Shown here one piece after another: positions 43,882 through 53,507 of a stretch of DNA of 64,000 nucleotides. Below the pieces are notes generated by a model, which was not told where the DNA came from, did no database searches, and saw only the letters and a list, made by a program, of their open reading frames with translations. This stretch comes from a virus (lineage: Duplodnaviria; Caudoviricetes): positions 25,816 through 89,815 of IMG/VR virus record IMGVR_UViG_3300017912_001009. One strand, 5' to 3'. The translations under genes were made by a program, and so were the position numbers. Within the stretch, counting starts at the first letter, position 1. Every line of letters starts with the position of its first letter.

Positions 43882-45382
43882 ATCCTTAGAAGACAGAACA
43901 CCATCAGAAAAGAGACACAGAATTTGTGCTACCTTACCTCACTTTGAGGATAGAAAGGCAGCAATCAAGATACTTTCACTTGAGTATGAGATGAATAACA
44001 TAGGTGAGAAGAAAGCAATCAAATGGTTAGCAAACATCTTCGGTGTGTTTGAAGATGAGATATCAGATTCGGCCCACAATTGGATGGACTTGGGAGAAGG
44101 AATGAAAGAGTTCCTAAGTGCCAACAGACCTGATTCAAATTTCTCACTTTCAGATATGGTGAGACTGTTAGAACTGGATTGCTCTTCCATGAGCAACAGT
44201 GGAAGTTACGAGACTATCAGAGATGCGATAGGGAGAATGTCTGCCCTAGAGGTAAAGTGGTTTATCCGTTATTGGTTGAGGACACCTAGAAATGGAGTCA
44301 ACAAAAGCACTGTTGAAAAAGCCATGACTGACTACTATCAAAGAGATATCAAGAAGTATTCAGTAGGTCACTCATTGACTAACCTAGTTGATTATCTAGA
44401 GAATGATATAGAACCACCTGAGTTAGTGCATGGTAATTTCGTAAAGCCAATGCTTGCTAAGAAATACTTAGGTAAATTACCTGAGCAGTTTGTTATGGAT
44501 ATCAAGTATGACGGTAACAGGTATCAGATACACAAGAAGGATAATGATGTTATCATCTTCAATCGCAAAGGAAAGATTGCCACAGAGCAGTATGCTGATA
44601 TTGTAGCGATAGTTAGTGAATGGGAATCTAATGATTTCATATTAGATACTGAGATATATCCAATAACAAATGATGGAACTCCTGCTCCACATCAAACATT
44701 AGCAACTAGGGTTCATTCAAAGGATAAGCAACTAGCGATATCCAAATGTCCTGTTCAACTAGCGGTGTTTGATTGTCTTCTATATCAGGGACAATCAATA
44801 CTCAGTGACACATATGGTGACAGGCTAGAGTATCTAGAGACCATTGTTCCATCTGAGTATATTGCTCAAGCATTCAGACATGGCAATGTAGAGGCTGCTT
44901 ACAATGTAGCAATCAACGGTGGTTTTGAGGGTGTGATGATAAAGGACTTGAATGCACAATACGAATCCAAGAGAACAGTTGCACTATTGAAGTACAAACC
45001 GCCAAGAGTAGAACTTGATGTTGTCATAACATCAGGTGAATATGGAAAGGGAAAGAGAGCAGGTGTGATAGGAACATACGGTGTTAGTGTCAGAAATGGC
45101 TCGGACTATGTGAACATAGGAAAGGTTGGTAGTGGTATATCAGAGGAAGAGATGTATTCTTTGGATGCTCAACTGAAGCGAGTCGTTGATAGTTTCAATG
45201 GGGGAACTTATCACTTTCTACCTAGAATAGTGCTTGAGGTTACTTGTGACTTAATCAGTCAGAACCAAGATGGAACTTATGGCATGAGATTCCCAAGGAT
45301 AGTTAGAATAAGAGATGACAAGTTTCCTGCTGATTGCAATACTCTTGATGATGTAGAGGAATTGTGTAGCAACATATATTGA
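43850..45382 (+). CDS. lig: ATP-dependent DNA ligase (archaeal replicative type)
   Basis: DBD, IKYDGNRYQIHK, ILDTEI, FDCL, EGVMIK, LLKYK, RFPRIVRIRDDK. Confidence 0.93.
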   Translation: MTMIRMSRMCESLEDRTPSEKRHRICATLPHFEDRKAAIKILSLEYEMNNIGEKKAIKWLANIFGVFEDEISDSAHNWMDLGEGMKEFLSANRPDSNFSLSDMVRLLELDCSSMSNSGSYETIRDAIGRMSALEVKWFIRYWLRTPRNGVNKSTVEKAMTDYYQRDIKKYSVGHSLTNLVDYLENDIEPPELVHGNFVKPMLAKKYLGKLPEQFVMDIKYDGNRYQIHKKDNDVIIFNRKGKIATEQYADIVAIVSEWESNDFILDTEIYPITNDGTPAPHQTLATRVHSKDKQLAISKCPVQLAVFDCLLYQGQSILSDTYGDRLEYLETIVPSEYIAQAFRHGNVEAAYNVAINGGFEGVMIKDLNAQYESKRTVALLKYKPPRVELDVVITSGEYGKGKRAGVIGTYGVSVRNGSDYVNIGKVGSGISEEEMYSLDAQLKRVVDSFNGGTYHFLPRIVLEVTCDLISQNQDGTYGMRFPRIVRIRDDKFPADCNTLDDVEELCSNIY

Positions 45383-45403
45383 CTCCTGTGATGTCGCAGT
45401 GAC

Positions 45404-45799
45404 ATGTACGGCAGGGATGTACTGAATGGGATTCTAATCTCAATAGGCAACCCTGAAGTTAACATAGTCAACAGTAGTAAGTCAAAGTTAGGTTATCGTG
45501 TCAGACTAAGAGTTTGCATACGAGGTAAAGATACGTTCCTTTGGGGTATCAACCGTTCACTACTACAACATGAAATCGAGTCTAACTACAAGGACAGGGA
45601 ACATAGTGGAAGACCAAAGCCAATACTAGTTATCAGTGGGTTGGATAACCTAACTAGACTAGTAGAGATGATGGACAGCAGACTAATTACAAACAATGAT
45701 TGGGAGACATTCAACAAGTCTCTCAGAATGATAGCAGAGAAAGAACATCTGAGAGCCGAAGGACTTGAGAAGATACTCAAGATGAAGGGGCTTGTCTGA
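45404..45799 (+). CDS. Degenerate LAGLIDADG-fold protein
   Basis: LNGILISIG replaces the LAGLIDADG helix (no acidic residue); C-terminal EHLRAEGLEKILKMK typical of the family. Confidence 0.55.
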   Translation: MYGRDVLNGILISIGNPEVNIVNSSKSKLGYRVRLRVCIRGKDTFLWGINRSLLQHEIESNYKDREHSGRPKPILVISGLDNLTRLVEMMDSRLITNNDWETFNKSLRMIAEKEHLRAEGLEKILKMKGLV

Positions 45800-46110
45800 T
45801 GTTATGTCCGAGATGTAATCTCAGGGAAACAGAGGCATCTCTGTGTTCTGTTTGTATGTTGAAGGTTCAGATGAACAAGCCTCAACACACAACAGATGAT
45901 GAAATAACAAACTATCATGTTATGCAACGAATAAAGCAAGGTTGCCGAGAATGTGGTAGCCACTCCTTTGCTTATGAAGCAGGAGTGCAAGAAGAAAACG
46001 AACTAAAGTGGTATGTCATTTTAGTTGATTGTGGGGCTTGTGGAAAAGCCTACGAAGAAATAATGGAAGTGAGGGTAGATGAGCCTATTGAATATGCAGA
46101 ATCAGAATAG
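45799..46110 (+). CDS. Double zinc-ribbon protein
   Basis: CPRC..CSVC and CREC..CGAC. Confidence 0.6.
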   Translation: MLCPRCNLRETEASLCSVCMLKVQMNKPQHTTDDEITNYHVMQRIKQGCRECGSHSFAYEAGVQEENELKWYVILVDCGACGKAYEEIMEVRVDEPIEYAESE

Positions 46111-46930
46111 AACGATAATAATAGTTGGCAAAGATGGAACAGACAAGATGCAGAAAGCAATGAAACTTGTATCTGATGAGCCTATAATCAAGTATGCTAA
46201 TGAGTATGATGTAGAGGATAATTACAGTATACCTGCTGATGTAGGTATTATCATCAGAGAATGCAACTACAAACCGAATGTAGAACTAATCAGAAGAACC
46301 ATCTTGGAATATAGAGGACAAGTTGTTCTTACATCTATAAATCAGAAAGATGTGCCAAAGAAGTTGTTCAATCTATGTAAGTTGAAGCGTGGTAAGAAAG
46401 TAGAGTTCGATGAAATCAAAGAGTTAGCACCACGCTCTGATGCACCTCATAACTATGACACTGACATCTTTACCTTGGTGGGTGACTATCTCAGAAACCC
46501 TAACAGGGAATTGATAATGCAGAGTCTGAAAATTAGCAAACCAGCAGATATTCAATTCGTTTCTTGGTTAGCACCAAACATCCATCCAAACAAATTGATG
46601 TTCGTGGATGCTAAGGTCAAGAGAAGGTGGAGTTCAGATTACTTTTACGAAATGCTTGCTTATTCTCATGACGGGAGAATGCAAAGGAAAATGACACCAC
46701 CACAAAGAAAGGCATATTCTACAATACCGAAAATTTTGAGAAAGTTAAAAATGCGGCATTCTGATGTTTATCTTTTCAAAGACTTACTAAAAAACGCTGA
46801 TTTTAGAGAATATTGTAGAAAGACACTATCTTCCTCCGAAACTAGAACGTTAGGACTTGGAGAGAAAAAGAGAAGAACAAAGACAACACCAGTCACACCA
46901 ACTGTTGGATTATCGAGGTGGTTGGACTGA
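46079..46930 (+). CDS. Degenerate RFC large-subunit-like protein
   Basis: Eroded P-loop IIVGKDGTDK; next to RFC small; PIP-like C-terminus VGLSRWL. Confidence 0.55.
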   Translation: MSLLNMQNQNRTIIIVGKDGTDKMQKAMKLVSDEPIIKYANEYDVEDNYSIPADVGIIIRECNYKPNVELIRRTILEYRGQVVLTSINQKDVPKKLFNLCKLKRGKKVEFDEIKELAPRSDAPHNYDTDIFTLVGDYLRNPNRELIMQSLKISKPADIQFVSWLAPNIHPNKLMFVDAKVKRRWSSDYFYEMLAYSHDGRMQRKMTPPQRKAYSTIPKILRKLKMRHSDVYLFKDLLKNADFREYCRKTLSSSETRTLGLGEKKRRTKTTPVTPTVGLSRWLD

Positions 46931-47050
46931 GCGAATATCATTGCAAGTGTGATAAGAGCGGGTGGGATGCCTATGACTTCCATTACGGAAGATGTAAAAC
47001 TTGCAACAAGTGGATATCTGCTTATGATATCCTAAATGAATGGAATAAAA

Positions 47051-47977
47051 ATGGAGAGAATGAAAATGTTATGGACAGAGAAATACAGACCAAAGAGAAT
47101 TGCTGATGTAGTAGGACAATATAACTTCACGATAGATGCAGAGAGTTGGGTAGAGCAGAACAATATGCCCAATGTTCTATTATATGGAGTAGCAGGTGTT
47201 GGTAAGACGGCTGCGGGAATCGCTCTTGCTAATGATATGTTGAAGGAAGACAAAGACAACAACTTCTTTGAAATCAATGCATCAGATGACAGGAGACTAG
47301 AGACAGTCAGAAACCAAATCAAGGAGATTGCTTCAACGAAGAAGATTGGCAATGTCCCATTCAAGATTATACTTCTTGATGAGATGGATGGTATGACTAA
47401 GGATGCTCAGAATGCATTGAAGAGAATCATGGAGCGATTTGCTGAGAATGTTAGATTTATCATTACCTGCAACGAGCGACATAGAATCATACACCCGTTG
47501 CAGTCGAGATGTGCAAACTATTCGTTTCATAGATTGAAGCCTCAGTCTATGCATCTTCTTCTAACGAGAGTTTTGGAGAATGAGGAGATTACACATGTAA
47601 CCAGTGAAGAGTTGGAAACCTTCATAGACTCTTTACATGGAGACATGAGAAGAGGGCTTACTGAACTTCAGGCTGCTATCTACGGTAAGTCCTCACTACT
47701 GAATCAGATTGACAAGAATCTTGAACCCTATACTGAAATATTGCAAATGATTGATGATAATAACTATGAGAATTGTTTAGGAAAGGTGCATGGTTTGTTG
47801 TATAACTCAGTTGATATGAACACTATTTGTGTTAATCTACATGATGTTATCATCAAGACGGATATGCCAGCAGCCAAGAAGTTCAAAATGTTGAGGGTTG
47901 TCGGAGAGGCAGAGTGGAGGAGTAGCAATATGACTCCGAAGTTGCTTGCATCTTGGATGATAGGACAGATGATTTGA
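47051..47977 (+). CDS. rfcS: Replication factor C small subunit
   Basis: LWTEKYRP, GVAGVGKT, NASDDR, LLDEMD, SRC motif. Confidence 0.93.
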   Translation: MERMKMLWTEKYRPKRIADVVGQYNFTIDAESWVEQNNMPNVLLYGVAGVGKTAAGIALANDMLKEDKDNNFFEINASDDRRLETVRNQIKEIASTKKIGNVPFKIILLDEMDGMTKDAQNALKRIMERFAENVRFIITCNERHRIIHPLQSRCANYSFHRLKPQSMHLLLTRVLENEEITHVTSEELETFIDSLHGDMRRGLTELQAAIYGKSSLLNQIDKNLEPYTEILQMIDDNNYENCLGKVHGLLYNSVDMNTICVNLHDVIIKTDMPAAKKFKMLRVVGEAEWRSSNMTPKLLASWMIGQMI

Positions 47978-48062
47978 TGATTGAGTTCCTGATAGGTATA
48001 GTAATATTGAGACAGTTTTTGAGATGGTTAGATTCACCTAGAAGGAGATTTTAGAATGAGGT

Positions 48063-48323
48063 ATGAATATGAAAATGGATTTGAACAAAGACGGTGTAGT
48101 GGATATTGAAGATATCAAACATCTACTACTCCGGTATGAGATAATAGCGATAGGCGGTGCATTGCTGATTGTACTGCCAATATTAAACACGCTAGGTTAC
48201 ATCAGCGTAGATTCCAATTTCTTTTGGATATTGTGTGGCGTAGTCATGCTGACAGAAGGACTAGTGGAAATAAGACATGAAAGAAAGAGAATGAAAACAA
48301 AGGAGGAAAATAAAAATGAATGA
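48063..48323 (+). CDS. Small membrane protein with EF-hand-like loop
   Basis: DLNKDGVVDIED plus two TM helices. Confidence 0.6.
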   Translation: MNMKMDLNKDGVVDIEDIKHLLLRYEIIAIGGALLIVLPILNTLGYISVDSNFFWILCGVVMLTEGLVEIRHERKRMKTKEENKNE

Positions 48324-49545
48324 TGAAATAAGAAATGAAATTGAAAAAGCAGCAGAACTGCTAGGGATGTCCCTAGACGATGCGTTAGCGAGGTTTGAGG
48401 AAATCTGTTCCAAGAACAACGTTGACCCTGAAAAAGAGCCTTTACTGGCTCGTAGTCTTTGGCGACAGTTCTTTAGTAATTCTCGTAATGTAATGAAGAG
48501 ACAACAAACGCAACCAAGTGGACAAGACTCTAACAGTCTATACAGGAAAGCCTTCGGGTTCTTCGTAGCACTGAATGATGCTATCGATATGTCAGCAAGA
48601 AGTCGTGAAAGACTAACTAACGAGTATATGCGTGACAGCGATATGACTTACTCTCTTGGAAGAGTTGCCATCTTCACTGAAGATGGTGATGGATATGAAG
48701 CAAGAATGATGCGAGATGGTGAAGAGATTGTCAAGCACATGAAGAAGTTGCCTGAGAATAACGTAGAAGTTGACAGTGGTAGATTCATTGTGCCACTTGA
48801 CACTCGACAGGGTGACTGGAACAAGAACTATGGTAAGCCACAACCTGCATCTGAGTATCAGAGAAAGGGTGTGTTTGTAGGAGAAGTTGATGGTAAGATG
48901 GGTAAGTATTTCTTCTCATACAAGAAAGAACACTGTGTTAACTTTGAGCCTAAGACCTTTGAGTTTATTCACTTTGATGTGATACCAAACTCAAACAGAG
49001 AAGACTTGATTCATGGTGGAGCAAACCAAACTGTCGAGTCATTGGTCTACAATGTTGACTTAGCAGATGACTCTGAGATGAAGAGAGATGTATCTCAGAT
49101 AGTTATGTCTGATGCTATGATGGAATACTGTGGCAGTAATTACAGTCCATTGATTGCGTTGGACAAGTATCATCAAACTGCAAACAACAAAGCCAATTGG
49201 GATGACAGGTTTGTGTTTACCGATGGGACTGTCAACAGTATCAACGTAACACCAACAGCAAATGGAAACAGGATATTGAATCTTGATGACCTGAACACTG
49301 ACTTTGACTTTGATAATGACGGTTGGAGTGGTACTACCTGTTGGATTCCTGAGAATATACCAATTGACTTTGGCATAGGTTCACAGGTTCTCGTAGTTGG
49401 TCGAACATCTCAGGGTGTTGACCAAGACGGTAACATCCGACCTGTTAGCATCAACGTTGCTGGTCTTCATGTGATTAGTAGCAGAGGTGGAAGTGCTGAA
49501 GAAGTAGACTTCGTAGATGAGTCAGAAGACTGGTTCTTTGAGTAA
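48316..49545 (+). CDS. RPA-like OB-fold ssDNA-binding protein
   Basis: C-terminal OB pattern DGTVNSI..RILNLDD..TCWIP..VLVVGRT..INV; acidic tail; replication context. Confidence 0.6.
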   Translation: MNDEIRNEIEKAAELLGMSLDDALARFEEICSKNNVDPEKEPLLARSLWRQFFSNSRNVMKRQQTQPSGQDSNSLYRKAFGFFVALNDAIDMSARSRERLTNEYMRDSDMTYSLGRVAIFTEDGDGYEARMMRDGEEIVKHMKKLPENNVEVDSGRFIVPLDTRQGDWNKNYGKPQPASEYQRKGVFVGEVDGKMGKYFFSYKKEHCVNFEPKTFEFIHFDVIPNSNREDLIHGGANQTVESLVYNVDLADDSEMKRDVSQIVMSDAMMEYCGSNYSPLIALDKYHQTANNKANWDDRFVFTDGTVNSINVTPTANGNRILNLDDLNTDFDFDNDGWSGTTCWIPENIPIDFGIGSQVLVVGRTSQGVDQDGNIRPVSINVAGLHVISSRGGSAEEVDFVDESEDWFFE

Positions 49546-49559
49546 GGTAGGTGACGTAA

Positions 49560-49832
49560 ATGGAATACAGTATGAGTGCTGATTCCAATGGAGGTCTCGT
49601 CATTCATGGGAGGAGTTTCGCTTTTCTTATGGATGACGTAGACTTCCTAACTTGGAAGTACAATCCCGATACGGGAGACTATTGGACTAAGTTCCATTTC
49701 GTATCAAAGGATGTGAGGGTAAAGTTATCCCTCGTTGAACTTAACGACCTACTAGAACAATGGAAAGGGATTTCATTTAATCCTGATAATTATAAAAATG
49801 GTGATAGAAATGAGTTGGACAACAACAGATAA
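49560..49832 (+). CDS. Hypothetical protein
   Basis: ORF track. Confidence 0.5.
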   Translation: MEYSMSADSNGGLVIHGRSFAFLMDDVDFLTWKYNPDTGDYWTKFHFVSKDVRVKLSLVELNDLLEQWKGISFNPDNYKNGDRNELDNNR

Positions 49833-50673
49833 AACAAAAGCAGTAACAACGAACGAGTCTGCAAAGGGGCAGTATGCTCTCCGAAAGGAGGCAATGCTTC
49901 AGCAGATTAAGGAATCACAGGAGAACAACAAGTCGTTCCTGTGTCTTGGTATATGGGGAGAACCCAAATCCGCTAAGTCAGCAACAGCAATGGACATACT
50001 GACTGAAGAAGACATAAAGAATGGACTACATGTTCTAGTGTTTGATTTCGACAACAGAGCAATAGATGTGAAGCGTAACCACTATGACAACATCGAGAAT
50101 CTAATTGTCTACAATCCAATCGTCAGAAAGGATGGTAGTCTAGTAGACTTCGATGAAACGATGAACAATGCTAGAGCATTCTATGAGATGGCAAAAGAGT
50201 ATCTTGCTGAAAACAAGTTGAAGGCCGTCATCGTAGATGGAGCAGATAAACTCCTGACTGATGTATGTGAAACCAAGATGCGTGAGAAGCATGGTATGGA
50301 TGCTGATACAGTAATCAAGCAACCACCTTATGTTTGGGGAGATAGAAACACCCCTTACAAGAACTTCTTGCATAAGCAGATACTAGAGATGCCTTGTCAT
50401 CGAATAGTGATTGCTCACTCTAAGGACAAGTATGCGGGTAATCCAAACCCCGTTGGTGTAGAGGCTAACTGGCATTCTACAACAGAAGATATCTTCACTG
50501 CAACAGTGAGAATGTCGAGAGACATCAGGAAGAATGGTGCTACCTTTACCGCTATGGTTGAGGCAAGTGCTAGGAAGCCTGAGATGATTGGAAAGAGATT
50601 GAAGGTCTTAACCATTGAAGATGGTAAGGTGGACTGGATAGGCTTCCCTGAAATCAAAGCAGGAGAACTTTGA
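49810..50673 (+). CDS. RecA-like/AAA_24 (Sak4-like) ATPase
   Basis: GEPKSAKS P-loop, VFDFD, VIVDG Walker B, IVIAHSK. Confidence 0.7.
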   Translation: MSWTTTDKTKAVTTNESAKGQYALRKEAMLQQIKESQENNKSFLCLGIWGEPKSAKSATAMDILTEEDIKNGLHVLVFDFDNRAIDVKRNHYDNIENLIVYNPIVRKDGSLVDFDETMNNARAFYEMAKEYLAENKLKAVIVDGADKLLTDVCETKMREKHGMDADTVIKQPPYVWGDRNTPYKNFLHKQILEMPCHRIVIAHSKDKYAGNPNPVGVEANWHSTTEDIFTATVRMSRDIRKNGATFTAMVEASARKPEMIGKRLKVLTIEDGKVDWIGFPEIKAGEL

Positions 50674-50685
50674 TACAATGTAAAA

Positions 50686-50719
50686 GTAGGTGGGGTGGGT
50701 TAACGCCCATCCCATCTAC
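50686..50719 (+). terminator. 14-bp intergenic hairpin upstream of PCNA
   Basis: GTAGGTGGGGTGGG-TTAACG-CCCATCCCATCTAC with two G-U pairs on the plus strand. Confidence 0.55.
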
Positions 50720-50739
50720 CCAACGAAGGAGGAATAGAA

Positions 50740-51507
50740 ATGAAAATAGAAATAGCAAATAGAGTATTAACAAACGCAATAGAAGATGTATGGATGAAGG
50801 GTAAGTACCACAACGGAGACTCAGCAAAGAATAGTCAATTAACAGACTATGCAATGCTTGAACTCGTAGAGGATAACTTACTGAATATATACAACGCAGA
50901 CAACCAAACTATCTGTCGGGTCACTATTCCTATCTTACAAGATAGAGGACAAGACGCAAGCAATATGGTTGTTGTAGAGATAGATAAGATGCTGAAGTAT
51001 CTTAAGACATTTACAGGAGACAGTGTTCTGCTAGACGCAGATGACTTTATCCTATTACAAGATGAGGGTGGAGGAAAGAGAGCAAGTCTTCCTTTGGTCG
51101 TTAACCATCCAAATGCAACCATGATTGCTAGGATTCAAGGATATAGTATATCTCCTGAGAATCCAGTATTCAGTAGTGTGACATTTGAATCAATCATAAC
51201 AACAGGCTCTACTCTACTTGCTGATGCAATCAAGACCTGTGATGTCATCAACAATGCAAAGTATCTGTTGGATGCTAACGAGGAAGTCTTCACTATCTCA
51301 AGCAGAAGGTCTGACATTGACAAGGTGGATGTAGTAGTAGACACTGCATCTTCAAATGGTGAATCGGCAACAGTAGAGATTACTGGACAGTTCCACAAGT
51401 TCTTTCGTGGTTCTGTTGCAGTCACTATCTATCTCAAAGACGAGTCTCCTGTGATTTGGTCTAGTGGAGATAGAATACTAATCAAAGCCCCATACATTAC
51501 ACGGTGA
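50740..51507 (+). CDS. pcn: PCNA-like sliding clamp
   Basis: 255 aa, repeated alpha/beta clamp pattern, C-terminal ESPVIW..ILIKAP; between RFC and PolB. Confidence 0.75.
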   Translation: MKIEIANRVLTNAIEDVWMKGKYHNGDSAKNSQLTDYAMLELVEDNLLNIYNADNQTICRVTIPILQDRGQDASNMVVVEIDKMLKYLKTFTGDSVLLDADDFILLQDEGGGKRASLPLVVNHPNATMIARIQGYSISPENPVFSSVTFESIITTGSTLLADAIKTCDVINNAKYLLDANEEVFTISSRRSDIDKVDVVVDTASSNGESATVEITGQFHKFFRGSVAVTIYLKDESPVIWSSGDRILIKAPYITR

Positions 51508-51511
51508 TTAT

Positions 51512-53191
51512 ATGATAATAGCAAACACAAAAGATGGTATCTTTCTAAGATGGAGAGATGAAGAGAAGAAGGTTGTAGAGGAAGAGATTCCCTACGCCGA
51601 CTTCTCTCCATATTTCTTTGTAGAGGCTTCCAATGTCGTAGATGCTGATACTGAAAGTAAGGTCTTCTTGAAGGAAGGTTATCAGCAGAAAGAAAAGTTT
51701 CCCGCTACTATTACTTATGAAAGGGGTGATTGGGTTAATCTTCAAGGGGATTCACTGTTGAAGGTAACTTGGACACCACACAAAACGATGAAGTCCGATG
51801 CTAGAAATGTCACTAGTAAGGTTAGAGCATACTATCATGATAGGAACATTCCAACCTATGAAGCAGATGTTCAGCATCACTATCGTTATGCTGTTGATGA
51901 ATTAGATGAACTTCCTGAGTACAATCTAAGAAAGTGGTATTGGGATATGGAGTGGATGCAAGGCGGTGAGCATGATGGTGCTATTACTGCCATTGTCATT
52001 TACGATAACTATGATGATGAGTATTATACTTTGAGTTGGCTTCCTGATACGGATGAGACTGAGAGAACTGTTCTTGAGCGGTTCATGTTGATGTTGGTCG
52101 AGAAAGACCCTGACATGCTTATCTCTTGGTTCGGATGGAAGTTCGACTTGCCTAAGTTGATTGAGAGGCTAGACGCAAACAGGATAGACCCTCGATTGCT
52201 TTCTCCTGTTCACGAAGTAACAGGAGTTGAATGGAACATCAAGGAGAGAAAGAGAGTTCTGAAGACTAAGCAGATAGAGAACTACTCTCCAATAGCACAG
52301 CCAATCAAAGGCAGAATATGTGTGCCACTTGATTTGGCTTTTGAGAGACAATGGAACGATGCACAGAGAGGTACTCTACCATCTCTGTCACTAGACTATG
52401 TTTCAGAGTATGTCTTAGGAGAAAAGAAACTAGTTAGCGAGAAGTTTCCTGATAAGAATGAGTTCTTCAGGAGAGGATGGCAAGAAGACAATGAGACATA
52501 TCTAGAGTATGCCTTGAAAGACGTTGAGTTAATCAAGAGGATAGACGATGAGAACTTCACTACTGAAGCAATACTCTCGTTACAACGTTTACTGATTGCA
52601 CCATTTGACGCTTGCTTCTACGCTAGTAACATGGGTGGGATATACTTCATGAGAAATGCCTCATGGAAAGCACCTACGGGCAGGAAAGGAGACAGGGTAG
52701 AGTATGATGGGGCAATGGTCTATGACCCGCTCAGTGAAGGCACAAATGGTCTTCATTTGGGTGTTGCAGCATTTGACTTCGCAGGTCTGTATCCAAGTAT
52801 GATGATTGCAAGGAATATATCTTGGGAAACCAAGTCAGAAACACCAACAGAATTTGGTGTAAATCTAAGAACACCAAAGGACTTCTCTAGAGTTGAAGAC
52901 TATGACATGAGATATTACAACACAAATGAATTAGGACTACTACCCAAAGCAGTTCTAGAGTTGAAAGAACTGAGAAACGAATACAAAGTGAAAATGAAAG
53001 AAAGTGAAAGTAAAAGTGAATATGTAAAGTGGAACAATAACCAACTTGCTGTCAAGAGATTGATGGCATCCTTCTATGGTATCATTGCGTATCAGGGATT
53101 CGGTTGGGCTGATGTTGATTTGGCTGCTAGTATAACTGCTAGTGCTAGAGAAGCAATTCGTATTGCAGCATTCAAAGTGAGGGAGTTATAA
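51512..53191 (+). CDS. polB: Family B DNA polymerase, N-terminal part (exo, motifs A and B)
   Basis: WDMEW (ExoI), FDL (ExoII), YALKD (ExoIII), DFAGLYPS (A), KRLMASFYG (B); stops before motif C. Confidence 0.92.
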   Translation: MIIANTKDGIFLRWRDEEKKVVEEEIPYADFSPYFFVEASNVVDADTESKVFLKEGYQQKEKFPATITYERGDWVNLQGDSLLKVTWTPHKTMKSDARNVTSKVRAYYHDRNIPTYEADVQHHYRYAVDELDELPEYNLRKWYWDMEWMQGGEHDGAITAIVIYDNYDDEYYTLSWLPDTDETERTVLERFMLMLVEKDPDMLISWFGWKFDLPKLIERLDANRIDPRLLSPVHEVTGVEWNIKERKRVLKTKQIENYSPIAQPIKGRICVPLDLAFERQWNDAQRGTLPSLSLDYVSEYVLGEKKLVSEKFPDKNEFFRRGWQEDNETYLEYALKDVELIKRIDDENFTTEAILSLQRLLIAPFDACFYASNMGGIYFMRNASWKAPTGRKGDRVEYDGAMVYDPLSEGTNGLHLGVAAFDFAGLYPSMMIARNISWETKSETPTEFGVNLRTPKDFSRVEDYDMRYYNTNELGLLPKAVLELKELRNEYKVKMKESESKSEYVKWNNNQLAVKRLMASFYGIIAYQGFGWADVDLAASITASAREAIRIAAFKVREL

Positions 53192-53394
53192 TGCCAATTA
53201 AGAGTACAGATGTAGATTTTACGAAGGTAAGGATAAAGGAAGAGCCTAAGTCAGAGACTGAACTGAGAAAACAGGCGTTAAGTCAGATTCTCAAGGACAG
53301 TAGGCTTGCTATTAGAGTAACAGGTCGAGTTTTATTCGGTATTGTGTTTGTTTATGGTATTGTATCGATATTACAGGATGTGAACCTAATATGA
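53191..53394 (+). CDS. Small membrane protein inserted in split polB
   Basis: TAATG overlap; TM helix VLFGIVFVYGIVSIL. Confidence 0.6.
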   Translation: MPIKSTDVDFTKVRIKEEPKSETELRKQALSQILKDSRLAIRVTGRVLFGIVFVYGIVSILQDVNLI

Positions 53395-53507
53395 GTATAG
53401 AAGAATGGTCACAAGACAGATTTGCAACACTTGCACTTCTTAGAACTGTATTTGGCTTCGTGAAAGTGATTATTGCGACTATTATAGCAGTGGAGTTGTT
53501 AACATGA
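53391..53507 (+). CDS. 38-aa membrane micro-protein inserted in split polB
   Basis: Manual translation MSIEEWSQDRFATLALLRTVFGFVKVIIATIIAVELLT; ATGA overlaps at both ends. Confidence 0.55.
   Translation: MSIEEWSQDRFATLALLRTVFGFVKVIIATIIAVELLT

Noticed and set aside
49810-49840. MSWTTTDK start of the RecA-like ATPase as a tag member
   Set aside because: Lacks the acidic, hydrophobic and Lys positions; kept as a caution that ATGAGTTGG starts can arise without the tag.
53191-53507. Frameshift or sequencing error or intron explaining the split polB
   Set aside because: The insert is 312 nt filled by two coupled ORFs, and the C-part has its own ATG; no intron structure seen. Read support is still untested.
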